Virus record (IMG/VR): IMGVR_UViG_3300026382_000008
Strand: one strand, 5' to 3'
DNA: 63,830 nt
From: an uncultured virus (IMG/VR IMGVR_UViG_3300026382_000008)
Taxonomy: Duplodnaviria; Heunggongvirae; Uroviricota; Caudoviricetes
Within the stretch, counting starts at the first letter, position 1. Every line of letters starts with the position of its first letter. Below the pieces are notes generated by a model, which was given only the letters and a program-made list of their open reading frames with translations, did no database searches and was not told the DNA's origin. Below, in pieces: positions 19,925 through 30,954 of this stretch. Both the position numbers and the translations under genes were made by a program.

Positions 19925-22252
19925 TTAAAGGTAGACAACATCTAAGTCTATGTCACCTAATGATAGAATCTCTGGTACGAATTCTAGAAGTTTGTTTTTC
20001 GGTATGTGTCTGCTATCAATTTTGATATCGATATCATAAGTTGTCTTGTTACCGTCTTTATCATAAACAAACAATTCAACTTTCTTAACATAATCAAGTT
20101 GATCTTCTATTTGTCTAATAGCTTGACTAATGATAAATGATTTATTAAAGCCAGGTTTCAAATAATCATTTATAACCTTTGTTACATCTTTCTTTATGTC
20201 GATATATGTTAAGTTTGTTGAAACATAAACTTTACAATATAATCTAAGAGGTATTGGAATTTTATTACTAGGAGCTGTATTTAATTTTGATTGAGTTATA
20301 TCTAAAGTTGTGAGTAATCCATGAGTTTTCCCAAAACCAAGTGCCACTTTTGTTGTAATCATTTTGTAATTATCTAGGTCTTCTACAGTTGAAAGATAAA
20401 GGGAATCTACAATTGGATCTTCTGTTGTATCTAAGTTAATCACAGGAACACCATAAAGAGTGTATTCTATGATAGATTCAGACTTATGCTTATAAGTCAT
20501 TTTAACAGGTGTAAATGTTGTAATATTGTACTTCATAAAGAAAGGTGAAAGACTTATATAACTGATAGTTTCATAATCAGATTTGGTTTGAAATTTATAC
20601 TCTATTTGTAAAGAACCATCGATAAGAGAATCATCATAGTTTTCATTATCTAACTCAAACACAAATGTGACTTTATTAGAAGATTTGTCAACTAAAATAT
20701 TATTAGCTTCATAAGTTTTTTGTTCGTTATTTTGCGAAAGTTTTAAAGTAGCTTTTAGATTTGATGAGTAAGGTTCAAGCAATTCAGTTACATAAAGATT
20801 AGCATCAACAACAATCTCTGATTTCTGTTTTTCCTTATTGTAGATTAGATGAATGCTATTAACTTTTACAAAAGATTGTCTATCCAGAGAATAATAATTT
20901 TCTTGAATGATTCTGAATGTTATCTGATTTTTCTGAGGATAATAATAGATTATCGGAAGCATTATATCCGTATTAATCTTGATTTCAAAAGGTATGGTGA
21001 ATTCTAAAGCGTTATCACTTGTTTTTGTTAAGTCTAATTCGTTCGAAGTTAAGTCATTTTGATAAACTTTAGTAAATTGTTTAATGTTTTCTGTCGTAGT
21101 CTTAATTACTCCGGTAAAAGAGGGAAGAAGATTTGAAGATTCACTTAAAAATCCGTAAACAAGAATTTCATTGACATATAAATCAGACTCCGTAAAGACA
21201 GTGAATACATCCACAAATTCTGTTTTATCTTTGAAATAGAATTCGTAATCCTTTCTGGAAACAAGTCTTTTATTCATATGCAAAGATTTAATTGTATTTA
21301 ATCTAATCTCGTTTGGTGATTCAGCATCTCTTCCATTAAGGATATCTTTATGCTTAACTACTATATACAAAGGTTGTTGTGTTACTTTGTTTGTTATAGT
21401 TGATTTGAGAGATAATGTATTTGCATAAACATTTCCTTTACTACCTTTTGAGAAGAAAGCTTCGGCTATAACAATCTCTCCGGGATTTAAAGCTTTTCCT
21501 ATAAGAGAGTTACCAAAAATAATTTTGAATTCCGATGGTGTCTCTAATAAAACATAAGAATAGACTTGTTTATCTAATTCAAATAGAAAACGTTTTCTTT
21601 CTGCTAACTGACCACCCACATATACATTAATATCTGATAACGAATCACTTTGTTTGGGTATGGAAAATGTTGGAAACTTAAAGTCTGTGACATCTTTAGG
21701 GTTTACAACAAATGAATAAGTTTCTCGTTTTGCTTGAATAACATCTAAAGAAAAATGCAAAGCCTGAAATGACTGATTACCATCTTTAATATACTCTATT
21801 GTATAAGGAAGTACGTATTTATTACCTGGTAAATCATAAGCTGTTATATTTGCAACACCTGTCATATGGTTGAAACTGATGTAAACTTTGAATTTTGGAA
21901 TATAAGTTACTCCTGTTGTTGAAACAAATTCTGTTGTATAATCTATAACACTATCTATGTTTGATTGATCAAGTTTAATATAAAGATCAACTTTACCGTG
22001 AGCTGGTTGTACAAACTTATATGCATATCCGTAATCAGTTGCGAATTTCTTAATTGTTGATGGTAGAAGAGCTGTTGATAAAAATGATTCGTTCATTAAC
22101 AGAGTAAGATACATAAGTTGGTTTTCATCAAGAATACTTAATGTTTCAACTAACCATGTTTCAAGAGTCGGATTGTCAAAATCTATTTCATAGCCAAATT
22201 TTTCTTTAAATTGTCGTACTAACAATTCAAGAATTTGATCTCTAGAAATCAC
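19925..22252 (-). CDS. Baseplate wedge subunit (T4 gp6 / P2 gpJ-like)
   Basis: NESFLSTALLPSTIKKFATDYGY, IIFGNSLIGK, GRDAESPNEIR...RLVSRKDYE. Confidence 0.88.
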   Translation of the reverse strand: MISRDQILELLVRQFKEKFGYEIDFDNPTLETWLVETLSILDENQLMYLTLLMNESFLSTALLPSTIKKFATDYGYAYKFVQPAHGKVDLYIKLDQSNIDSVIDYTTEFVSTTGVTYIPKFKVYISFNHMTGVANITAYDLPGNKYVLPYTIEYIKDGNQSFQALHFSLDVIQAKRETYSFVVNPKDVTDFKFPTFSIPKQSDSLSDINVYVGGQLAERKRFLFELDKQVYSYVLLETPSEFKIIFGNSLIGKALNPGEIVIAEAFFSKGSKGNVYANTLSLKSTITNKVTQQPLYIVVKHKDILNGRDAESPNEIRLNTIKSLHMNKRLVSRKDYEFYFKDKTEFVDVFTVFTESDLYVNEILVYGFLSESSNLLPSFTGVIKTTTENIKQFTKVYQNDLTSNELDLTKTSDNALEFTIPFEIKINTDIMLPIIYYYPQKNQITFRIIQENYYSLDRQSFVKVNSIHLIYNKEKQKSEIVVDANLYVTELLEPYSSNLKATLKLSQNNEQKTYEANNILVDKSSNKVTFVFELDNENYDDSLIDGSLQIEYKFQTKSDYETISYISLSPFFMKYNITTFTPVKMTYKHKSESIIEYTLYGVPVINLDTTEDPIVDSLYLSTVEDLDNYKMITTKVALGFGKTHGLLTTLDITQSKLNTAPSNKIPIPLRLYCKVYVSTNLTYIDIKKDVTKVINDYLKPGFNKSFIISQAIRQIEDQLDYVKKVELFVYDKDGNKTTYDIDIKIDSRHIPKNKLLEFVPEILSLGDIDLDVVYL

Positions 22253-23031
22253 TTATGTGCTCCTCCAAAAGATTTATCAATTGAAGTTTCTATATCAGCT
22301 AGATATTTCTTTAGCCATTCTGTAAATGACTTATTCATAGAATCAGCGTATTGATTTATTAAACTTACAAACTTGTTATAAACATGAGTCATATTAAGTA
22401 GATTAGAGGTTGATTCTGTTAGTACAATAACTCTGTCGATTTTGCATGAGACTGTTGGTTGAACAAGAGAATTTTGTTCTAGTGATGGACCATATTCATC
22501 TAATGGAACTTGAGTTGGATACCAACCGTACATACGTATAATAACAGGTTTACTTTGATTATTATAAAGAGCATTTTGACTTAAGAGGCATACTGTTATA
22601 GATCCTTTTATGTATTTATGCAATGGTTCTCCAAAAGGTTTCTTAAACTTTGGAATTGTTGTTGTAGGGTTAGCCATAACCGATTTCCAAATTTCAAAGA
22701 TGGATAATATATCAAAATCTATGTTTTCATAAAATTGAATTTGAATATCTCCCGGTTGATCAAGTATAATTGGGTAAGATACTTTGACTCCATTACCAAA
22801 GTCTCTTATAATATCTTGTATGTTACTATTAGGTAAAGAAATCGATTTAACATTACGCTCCAATATATCGTAAACATTTGTATCAATAAGATGCTCTAAA
22901 GCTTTACATAAATGAAATTTAACTATAAAGAATCCTGAAATAAGAGGTGTATCATAATACTGAGGTACTAAGCTTGAATAATTAGCTCCTGTTTTTGAAA
23001 GAAGTTGATTAATCATTGTTTTTTTCCTCAT
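22249..23031 (-). CDS. Tail tube-like protein (gp19 fold), paralog 4
   Basis: VKSISLP...IQIQFYE...W...KGSITV...GWYPTQV...VSCKID. Confidence 0.65.
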   Translation of the reverse strand: MRKKTMINQLLSKTGANYSSLVPQYYDTPLISGFFIVKFHLCKALEHLIDTNVYDILERNVKSISLPNSNIQDIIRDFGNGVKVSYPIILDQPGDIQIQFYENIDFDILSIFEIWKSVMANPTTTIPKFKKPFGEPLHKYIKGSITVCLLSQNALYNNQSKPVIIRMYGWYPTQVPLDEYGPSLEQNSLVQPTVSCKIDRVIVLTESTSNLLNMTHVYNKFVSLINQYADSMNKSFTEWLKKYLADIETSIDKSFGGAHK

Positions 23032-23052
23032 TATTAAGTCTAAAAACAGTTC

Positions 23053-23088
23053 AAGAGGTAGAGGTTAACTTGTAACCTCTACCTCTTT
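23053..23088. terminator. Hairpin terminator after the tube gene
   Basis: AAGAGGTAGAGGTTA / TAACCTCTACCTCTT. Confidence 0.7.
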
Positions 23089-23092
23089 AAAC

Positions 23093-23707
23093 TTAACCAT
23101 TACTATTAAAGTCTTCTATGAGTTTTGATATCTCATCTTGATCTAAAGGACAAATCATATCAAATTTAAATGTTACATCAATTTCAGCTATTGAAATATC
23201 ATTCACATCAGCACCTAAAGCATTAAGAGGATCGTTAGTAGGCCATACACCTATAAACTTGAAAGCAATTGGTGAGTACTTTCCTGTTGGAGACGTAATT
23301 ACTAATTTCAAAGTCCCTTTGTAATTTGAAGACCTAAGTTCTACTTGAGACAATCCTGTTCTCCAATCATGAATCTTTTGATGCCATTGAGAGAGACCTT
23401 TGATAATATCAACATCATAAGTTTCACGCAACCTTACAGGTAAGTCATTTCCAAGAGAAAGAGCTCCTGGATGAATAGTTTTAAGCCCAGCAATTCCAGC
23501 TGCTTCAAGTTCAGCTATGGTAGGTGTAGGTAGTGATACGTTCAAACATGTCCTTGCAAAAAGATCTTGGAACTTTGAATCAATTCCTAATGCTGATGGT
23601 AGTTCAAGAAATGCAAAGAATGTTCCTTTGATGAAAGGATCATATTGATATGGATTATCACATTCACCATTCAAACCGGATCTTAACAGATCTTTAAGAG
23701 ATGCCAT
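23093..23707 (-). CDS. Tail tube protein (gp19-like), paralog 3, probably the major tube
   Basis: NVSLPTP...LRETYD...W...YKGTLKL...GVWPTN...VTFKFD; strong SD and its own terminator. Confidence 0.8.
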   Translation of the reverse strand: MASLKDLLRSGLNGECDNPYQYDPFIKGTFFAFLELPSALGIDSKFQDLFARTCLNVSLPTPTIAELEAAGIAGLKTIHPGALSLGNDLPVRLRETYDVDIIKGLSQWHQKIHDWRTGLSQVELRSSNYKGTLKLVITSPTGKYSPIAFKFIGVWPTNDPLNALGADVNDISIAEIDVTFKFDMICPLDQDEISKLIEDFNSNG

Positions 23708-23727
23708 TCAAATTTCCTCCAAAGAAG

Positions 23728-24534
23728 TTAAATGTTATAAGGTAAATATCTATCAAAACTAAAAGTCACTTGGACATTTAGCAATTCTACGTTAGATGAA
23801 CTTTGTGTTATTGTTGGTGTCGAAATCGGAAATATACCATTAATTATATCATACACTATTGTTTTTCCTGTTGGATCAAAATGAGCTAACATAGCATTAC
23901 CTTTGAAATCTGGAATATGTTTATATCTATGAAACCCAGTTGTAGCATCTATTACAAGTGATCTCCAGCTATTCATAATCTTTGAAACTGGTAAGTCATA
24001 AAGATCAATAAATGTAATTGTTATTGTACGTTCATAAGTGATCGATACAGGAATAACTTGTACAGTCTTGTTAAAACCATATCTTTCTGTAGTATCTATA
24101 GAAAAAGTAATATTGGATACCTCTTTTGCAGTACAACCTAATAACTTATCAATATTGTTGACTCTCAAACTTGATGGAACATCAAAAGCTATATAATAGT
24201 AACCTGTGAAGTACGGATCAAATACTAAAAGAGGATTATCGGGTGTATCCTGTTTTTGATTCAGAGATGGCATTAAAGATTGTCTTAGAGTTTGGCTAAA
24301 TACATCAATGACTTTTAACAGTTGTCCTTTATAAGGAATATGAAAATGTTCTCCGGCAATTTGTATAGCATTCTTAAATATGTCTGTAGGAATTGGATGA
24401 TGAAATAAAGAATGAAGTTCTTGATTTACTTGATCTTTAAGATGATTAGCATAACCTTCAACAGTTTTACTTGTTTGAGTTAGAAAATCATTTATGTATT
24501 GTTGAACTTGAGACATATTTATCTTAATTGCCAT
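23728..24534 (-). CDS. Tail tube-like protein, paralog 2
   Basis: DPYFTGYY...ITITFID...WR...FKGNA...GIFPIS...VTFSFD. Confidence 0.7.
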   Translation of the reverse strand: MAIKINMSQVQQYINDFLTQTSKTVEGYANHLKDQVNQELHSLFHHPIPTDIFKNAIQIAGEHFHIPYKGQLLKVIDVFSQTLRQSLMPSLNQKQDTPDNPLLVFDPYFTGYYYIAFDVPSSLRVNNIDKLLGCTAKEVSNITFSIDTTERYGFNKTVQVIPVSITYERTITITFIDLYDLPVSKIMNSWRSLVIDATTGFHRYKHIPDFKGNAMLAHFDPTGKTIVYDIINGIFPISTPTITQSSSNVELLNVQVTFSFDRYLPYNI

Positions 24535-25232
24535 TGGACAACTCCATCATGTGAAGCAAATAAAGGAAGAAGATTTTTGTAAGCATAATTAAACAAATGA
24601 TCATCAATTACTAGTTTGTCATATTTAAAACTTTGGTTAACAATAACAAAATTCTTTGTGTTAATATCTTGAGAATAACTTTGTGATGGTATGTTAATAG
24701 GCATAAGACCTAGAAAGCCACAGGCAAAAGTTATCTCAGAAAATGTTGAATCTGTTGCAAAAAGAATTGCATTACATTTTAAAAGCTTTCTATCTGTCTT
24801 CTTTGGGAATGACTTATCAGGTCTTCTCAAACAAAATACCCAGTTTCTAAAGAATCTTACAAGTAATCCTAAACTAGTATCAATAAATCTAAATGTGGTT
24901 GTTTGACCACCATAATCTAATGTTGCTGGTAAAGATATATGATTATACTGTACTGTTTCTAAAGTTAATGTTTTAAGAGTTATTTCTGGTACTTCTGCAG
25001 ATTGACAATAAGCAATTAAGCTTTCATGTACTACTTGTGGATTTCTTATATCATGTATTGTATTTTGAGCATATGTGTTTAATTCAGAAGACCAAATTCT
25101 ATCATCTAAAGTGGTAACGCCTTCAAAATAAACTCCAAAGAATCCAGAAATAGCTGGATCATGTGCGTATACAACAGAGTCAGATGATGCATCTATATAA
25201 GGCGTACCATGATTTAGGTATTGTACAATCAT
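24519..25232 (-). CDS. Tail tube-like protein, paralog 1
   Basis: DPAISGFF...AEVP...FRFID...W...GLMPIN...SFKYD; likely start ATG 25232 after SD AGGAG. Confidence 0.7.
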   Translation of the reverse strand: MIVQYLNHGTPYIDASSDSVVYAHDPAISGFFGVYFEGVTTLDDRIWSSELNTYAQNTIHDIRNPQVVHESLIAYCQSAEVPEITLKTLTLETVQYNHISLPATLDYGGQTTTFRFIDTSLGLLVRFFRNWVFCLRRPDKSFPKKTDRKLLKCNAILFATDSTFSEITFACGFLGLMPINIPSQSYSQDINTKNFVIVNQSFKYDKLVIDDHLFNYAYKNLLPLFASHDGVVQWQLR

Positions 25233-25265
25233 CGTTATACTCCTAATCAAGAAATGTTCAAAATA

Positions 25266-25296
25266 AGGAGTGGTTCCTCGAATGGAACCACTCCTT
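25266..25296. terminator. Hairpin terminator after the sheath gene
   Basis: AAGGAGTGGTTCC / GGAACCACTCCTT. Confidence 0.7.
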
Positions 25297-25301
25297 CAAA
25301 T

Positions 25302-27206
25302 CTAAGCTTTTATAGTAAATGTTAAGTTAATAACTTTAACTGTTTTCATAACTTTAACATAAACATTTACATGCATTCTATGAGTTTTGATCTCGTATTC
25401 TGTTGCACCAACTTCCACATCATACCAATAGAGAGCACCTTTTCGTTTATAAGAAGCAAGTATCTCTCTAACACCTGTTTCAACTCTGTTCCAAGTATCA
25501 GGATTGTTATCTTCAAATAAGAAGTTATCACAGAATTTAGAGATTTCTCTATCCAGTCTGAGGAGAGTCCTTACTACATTGATATCAGATAGACTTGATG
25601 AAACTTTTTGAGCTGTCTCATTACCATAGAATATATAAACTCCACGTTTCTTAACAATTGGGTTAATTTGATTAGTAAGTAAGTTTGCTATAACTGATGG
25701 TTCTGTTGAAATATCAACAAGAGAGTAAAGAATATCTGTTAAAGTAGCACGATTCAATCCAGCAGGAGCTTTCCAAATACCAGCTTTATCATTGTTTGGA
25801 TAAACATAACTTACATGATAAGATGGTGCTACTTTGATATGACTTCCAGAAATAGGATCTGCAATAACACTAAATGGTGCATATAAAGCAGCTAAGAATG
25901 TATTTAACCAACTAAATTTTGTTTGCCTTATTTGAATAATATCATCAACAGTTCCAGCGGGTAAGATATCAAGTATTGCAAAACAATCAGACCTCTTCTG
26001 AGCTAACTTAACAATTTGTTGTTTAACTGCCATATCATAATTTGCATCAAGAATCAAATCTATCTCAATTTCATCTTTGTTTGTGATACGGCTGTCATAT
26101 TGTCCTTGGAAAGCTTTGATCAATAACATTGTATAAACTTGTCTGTTTAGAAGACCATTTACAAAAAGATCGCCCTCACGACCATATTTAAAATCAACAT
26201 ATGTTGTAGGATAACTCATTCCATAAGAATCAACAACATAAAGAGTTCCGTCTAAAACGTAATCTATAAGAGTATATGTCTTATCACCAACCTGTTTCTT
26301 AGAAAGAAGTGTTGGTAAAAGATTTTTGTTCGTTAGTGTTCTTATATACTTTGAATAGGTTTTAGTAACATGATCTATGAAATATGTTTCACCAGTCCCA
26401 TCAACTAAAGATGGATCAAATGAAACGACAAAGTTTTCAAGCGTAATTCTCTGATCGTTAATAGTCGTTCTAACTTCTAAGTTATAGAGACCAGGAGCAT
26501 TTGGGACTTTAGTAATACTTATCTCAAGATTGTTATACCATTCTCCACGACCTATAGCATAAACAATAATAAAAGGAGTTAAAGTTGAATCTAGATTTGA
26601 AATAGATTTCGGATTTAAGAAAAATGTCTTAATATAGTCATCATTTTGAAGATTGTTAACTGTCTCATCATCTAATGTAATTGGTTGTTTAACGTATTCG
26701 GAAACGTTTGTATTAACTTTCTGGTCTTCCACTGTAAAGTAAACGTTTGTAAACTTTGTTGGAGCATCTTTTAAATCTTCAGTTTGTAATGTGTTAGCTG
26801 TAGATTTATCTTTGTTAAAGTAAACAGGAATAACTGTTACTTTTTCAGGATCATCTTTATCACGAGCTAAACAAAAGACAACATGAGCATAAGTAGCTGG
26901 ATCAACTTTTGTACCATCACTTAATTCATCATCAGCATTGGGAAGAACTCTCATAGCGTAAAGATTGTTACTTGCTAAACTAAATCTGTAAGCATTCAAT
27001 AGAGCTTGACCGTACTTTAAAACATTGATTTCACCAAATGTATCTACAAATTCTTTCGGTCCACGTCCTATAAATTTGAAAACGTTGTCTTCTCCACGCT
27101 CAGATACAAAGACACAAGCTGCAGCTGTTTCTGATTCTGATGGTAAAGGATATTGAGATTTATTGATAAACTTAGAAAATACACCAACTGTATTTGAAAC
27201 TATCAT
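25302..27206 (-). CDS. Contractile tail sheath protein (gp18-like)
   Basis: GRGEWYN, RSDCFAILD, AALYAP, WKAPAGLNRA, QINPIV, YGNET, INVVRTL, FLFEDN. Confidence 0.93.
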   Translation of the reverse strand: MIVSNTVGVFSKFINKSQYPLPSESETAAACVFVSERGEDNVFKFIGRGPKEFVDTFGEINVLKYGQALLNAYRFSLASNNLYAMRVLPNADDELSDGTKVDPATYAHVVFCLARDKDDPEKVTVIPVYFNKDKSTANTLQTEDLKDAPTKFTNVYFTVEDQKVNTNVSEYVKQPITLDDETVNNLQNDDYIKTFFLNPKSISNLDSTLTPFIIVYAIGRGEWYNNLEISITKVPNAPGLYNLEVRTTINDQRITLENFVVSFDPSLVDGTGETYFIDHVTKTYSKYIRTLTNKNLLPTLLSKKQVGDKTYTLIDYVLDGTLYVVDSYGMSYPTTYVDFKYGREGDLFVNGLLNRQVYTMLLIKAFQGQYDSRITNKDEIEIDLILDANYDMAVKQQIVKLAQKRSDCFAILDILPAGTVDDIIQIRQTKFSWLNTFLAALYAPFSVIADPISGSHIKVAPSYHVSYVYPNNDKAGIWKAPAGLNRATLTDILYSLVDISTEPSVIANLLTNQINPIVKKRGVYIFYGNETAQKVSSSLSDINVVRTLLRLDREISKFCDNFLFEDNNPDTWNRVETGVREILASYKRKGALYWYDVEVGATEYEIKTHRMHVNVYVKVMKTVKVINLTFTIKA

Positions 27207-27247
27207 GAAATGATAACCTCCACTTAAACTCTACATTACATTCAAAA

Positions 27248-30200
27248 TCAAGTTCTTTGTGTATAGGGACCGAATAACAAATGTTTATCATTGTAAACAG
27301 CCTTATTATACGATCCAAATTGATAGATTTGCCACAATAATTTATCAGTAAAGTCTAAGTTAGTCATCTGATTAACAGATGTTGTAATTACATATGAATC
27401 ATTAAAATAGAAAATATCCTTCAAGGTTTGTATTATATGCATATAAGAGTTATCATTAGTAAGAAGAGTTTCAATAAAACCTTTTAGCAGAGTAAATGTG
27501 ATTTTATCTTGATAGTCAAGGAATGAATCTGTTTTCTGATAAGTTTTTGATACGTGAGAATCACCAAAAGTGTAATGATCTTGTAAACGATTTTGTAAAT
27601 TAGTTTTTAGTATACCATTGAAATTCAGAATATCCACAAAACTATCATATAATTTGTTAAGAAAACGTTCATTGTACACAAATGCACAGCGTTTAAGAAA
27701 CATGCTAATGGTAACTTTCAGATAATCTGAGATCTTCTGAATATCCGCTATTAATGATTGTAGTTTCATACGTTTTTTATCTTGTAACTGTTGTTTATCC
27801 ATTAGTTTTGTAAGTATGTTAACATTGGGTAACGCATCAAGAGTATCAATATGATCGATTTTATTTTGAGAAATCTTGATGCGATTATAATCATAGTTTA
27901 CAGCCATAAAAGCAAGAATTGGATGGTTCAGGAGATCTTTAACAATTTCTTTTGATTGATATGTATCCCTTTGTTTGATAGCTTCTATTAACCATTTTTC
28001 AATTTCTTCATTCGTAACATATTTAAACTTATTAAAGTAATCCAGAGTTAAGACGGGATACTTATTCTGTATATCATAATAAGATAGATTGAATCTACTG
28101 GAGTTATAAGTAGCTGCATTACCTGTTAAGTTGAGAATTTTCTTCTTATGTATATCAACTTTAAGTGTTTTACTTTTTAACTTATAGTAGTACGTTGGTA
28201 TAAGAATTCCATCATGAATCTTACGTTTGAGACATGTCGGATCAATTTTCTCGAAATGAACTTTCTGGATTTCAGGTATCAAATCCACAGAATATCTAGC
28301 TTGGTTGTAAACAGCAGAATTATAGAAATAAAGAAGATTTTCCTTATCAGAACACCACTGACATATATCATTCAATGGATAAGAATTGTATTTTGCAAAA
28401 GGTTTTGTATTGAATGAATGTATATTATAGACAGCAAAAGATGATGATTCATTATTACAACACTTCCACCAATCCTTAATAGCTTTAAAATTCGAGATAC
28501 AAATTACGTCTCTTGTATTACAACAATTAACATGTAATTTATGATATCTATTCAATAAGAATGAAAAACGATTAGGATCCATATAGAAGTAGGTATGTGT
28601 TAAACCATTAATCAAATCATCAAAACGTAGAGATATACTAACTTTTTCAATTTCATCATTTTCGGTTAATATATCAAGCAATATTTGTTTAAGCTTAGTA
28701 AAAATTGACTGGTCATCATAAACAAATGAATAAAGAAGTGCATGATTAAGTATAAAGTGCATACTGCTGTTGCTGGCTAAAGGACGAGCATATATAGGTT
28801 TTAAATCATCGTAAACAACTTCTAAAACTTTAGATGAATAAAGTGAACTTAGAGTTCCAAAAACAACTTCAAATGGAACATAAACAAGATAAGTTTCATA
28901 AATGTAAGTAGCTAAAATATAGAATAGATAAATAATCAACTTTCTAATGTCAGATTGTTTTAACTGTTTCTCATTAATCTTATTTTGAATTTGCTTCACA
29001 AATCTATAAAGCTTTGGATTTACGATGTTTAATTGTGTTAAAGGCGTTTTTATGAGTTTCTTAACAATTTCTGATGAATCATCTGAATAATATCTAACAA
29101 ATAGGTCATAAAAAATGTAGAGAAGACCGACGTCTTCTCTACCAAACTTATCGTATTTCGCTCTATAAGAAACAATTTGATTACAGTATTCCCAGAGAGT
29201 ATCAATTGTTATATGAGGAATTTCAATTTTTGAGAGTTTCATGAAGAAGTACGCTGATGTAACATATGCTTTTCTAACGGCCTCATCTAAAGCATAATAG
29301 TCAGACCACTGTGATGCAAGAAATGAATCAAATTCTTCAAAAGTAACTGATTCTAATCGATCGAAGTTTGACATATAAAACTGATATGTCAATTGTTTCA
29401 GTTCAAGATTGTCAATATTTGTCGTACGATTGAATGCTTCAATTCTGATTTCATCTTTATCAATTTCATCATGATCAAAAACTACAACTCCACACGGTTG
29501 CTCATTAAGTTTCGCATTATAGACATCAGCATAAAGACCAAACAAACTAGTAATTAACAACCAAATCTCTGTTAGGGATAAATTTGTTTCAAATAAATCT
29601 ATATAGATCTGAGTTGAAAACGAGTTTGTTTTCGCATAAGATCGTAATTCGTCTCTCACTAGTAACTCTATGAATAAAACACCTGTTGTTAAATCATCTA
29701 GCTTGTATCTATGTGTTGTAAGTGTAAAAAATGGAGTACGAAATTGTCGTTGATTTGTACGTTTTTGTAAATCTTCTGTTTTTGTTAACCAGTGATTGTC
29801 TGATTCAGCACTAACACCTTTGAATCTTACACCAGTTTTCGGATCAACAAGAATCCATTCTCCATTCGTATCTAAAACCAAATCTAAATCAATAATATCA
29901 ACGTCGGTTAATCTAAGAATAGTTTGAATAACTTTAACAAGAATTTTTGTTCCCTTTTTGTTTATCAGGTCTACAATATTCTGTACAATAATGCGTTTCT
30001 CATCAAGTTTTAAATTTTTATGAAATGTAAATCCAAATGTGATAAAAATTTTATCTATAAGCTCTTCTGGTAAATCGCTAAATGATGTTGAATGTAAAGA
30101 AACATATTTTGCAAATGCGTAAAGTTTTGCATATCGATCTATAAGAAATTCTTTAAGCAAAGAAAAGCCTTCTGAATTTTCATATGCATCTAAAGTAAAC

Positions 30201-30322
30201 GTTGTATCTAATAAGTCTTTTATTTCATTTTTTGCTTCATGATAGTAGGATGAAAAAACCTTATCATATGATGGATTGTTTACAATCTTTTGATAAAGGT
30301 CAAATAACTCTTTATTAATCAT
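27248..30322 (-). CDS. Large baseplate/tail protein (gp7 / P2 gpI-like N-terminus)
   Basis: FGF...IVDLINKKGTKILVK motif; 1024 aa; gene context. Confidence 0.55.
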   Translation of the reverse strand: MINKELFDLYQKIVNNPSYDKVFSSYYHEAKNEIKDLLDTTFTLDAYENSEGFSLLKEFLIDRYAKLYAFAKYVSLHSTSFSDLPEELIDKIFITFGFTFHKNLKLDEKRIIVQNIVDLINKKGTKILVKVIQTILRLTDVDIIDLDLVLDTNGEWILVDPKTGVRFKGVSAESDNHWLTKTEDLQKRTNQRQFRTPFFTLTTHRYKLDDLTTGVLFIELLVRDELRSYAKTNSFSTQIYIDLFETNLSLTEIWLLITSLFGLYADVYNAKLNEQPCGVVVFDHDEIDKDEIRIEAFNRTTNIDNLELKQLTYQFYMSNFDRLESVTFEEFDSFLASQWSDYYALDEAVRKAYVTSAYFFMKLSKIEIPHITIDTLWEYCNQIVSYRAKYDKFGREDVGLLYIFYDLFVRYYSDDSSEIVKKLIKTPLTQLNIVNPKLYRFVKQIQNKINEKQLKQSDIRKLIIYLFYILATYIYETYLVYVPFEVVFGTLSSLYSSKVLEVVYDDLKPIYARPLASNSSMHFILNHALLYSFVYDDQSIFTKLKQILLDILTENDEIEKVSISLRFDDLINGLTHTYFYMDPNRFSFLLNRYHKLHVNCCNTRDVICISNFKAIKDWWKCCNNESSSFAVYNIHSFNTKPFAKYNSYPLNDICQWCSDKENLLYFYNSAVYNQARYSVDLIPEIQKVHFEKIDPTCLKRKIHDGILIPTYYYKLKSKTLKVDIHKKKILNLTGNAATYNSSRFNLSYYDIQNKYPVLTLDYFNKFKYVTNEEIEKWLIEAIKQRDTYQSKEIVKDLLNHPILAFMAVNYDYNRIKISQNKIDHIDTLDALPNVNILTKLMDKQQLQDKKRMKLQSLIADIQKISDYLKVTISMFLKRCAFVYNERFLNKLYDSFVDILNFNGILKTNLQNRLQDHYTFGDSHVSKTYQKTDSFLDYQDKITFTLLKGFIETLLTNDNSYMHIIQTLKDIFYFNDSYVITTSVNQMTNLDFTDKLLWQIYQFGSYNKAVYNDKHLLFGPYTQRT

Positions 30323-30333
30323 CGTTTATACCC

Positions 30334-30954
30334 TTAGAAGTAAAGATGCCATTCAAACTCCAATCTTCTTTCTGGAAACTTCTCGATGGATGAAAATGTT
30401 GCGCGACACAACATTATAAATTGAGATACATCACCAGGATCAGGAGAATTAGCAAGACTTAAACAAGCTTCATTTATAAGAACTGTATCACCATTTCCGT
30501 AACTATTAGGATTAGCTTCTCCGTAGTCAACACTAAAAGTAACCACAAATTCTGTATCAGATGCAAAAACTTTAGAATCAAGTTTCTTATGGATTTTATC
30601 GGATGCTATCTTATCTCCATCGGGACCTATATAAATATAATGTTGTAACTGTGTATCATTTTGACTTGGTGCAACAGGATTCAATGGGTTAGCAGCAGGT
30701 GCACCTCCTGAACCAATAGCAAAGAATTCAAGAGTAAATCCTCTTGCATCATTAATGGTTTCACCAGATTCAAGCTTGACACTATGAGTAACATCTGTTA
30801 ACTTTTGAAACATAGTATTTCTTCCAACAATGACGACTGTATTTGAACGTTTTTCATCAACAATATTACCATTCTTATCAATTGCTTTTACCGTAACTTC
30901 TCCTGCAATAAGTTTATCCTTCTGAACTGTTCCATCAAAAAGTTTAATTTTCAA
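30334..30954 (-). CDS. Baseplate/tail-fibre attachment (collar) protein
   Basis: NTVVIVGR...FAIGSGG...INEACL...MLCRATFSSIEK...LEFEWHLYF. Confidence 0.65.
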   Translation of the reverse strand: MKIKLFDGTVQKDKLIAGEVTVKAIDKNGNIVDEKRSNTVVIVGRNTMFQKLTDVTHSVKLESGETINDARGFTLEFFAIGSGGAPAANPLNPVAPSQNDTQLQHYIYIGPDGDKIASDKIHKKLDSKVFASDTEFVVTFSVDYGEANPNSYGNGDTVLINEACLSLANSPDPGDVSQFIMLCRATFSSIEKFPERRLEFEWHLYF

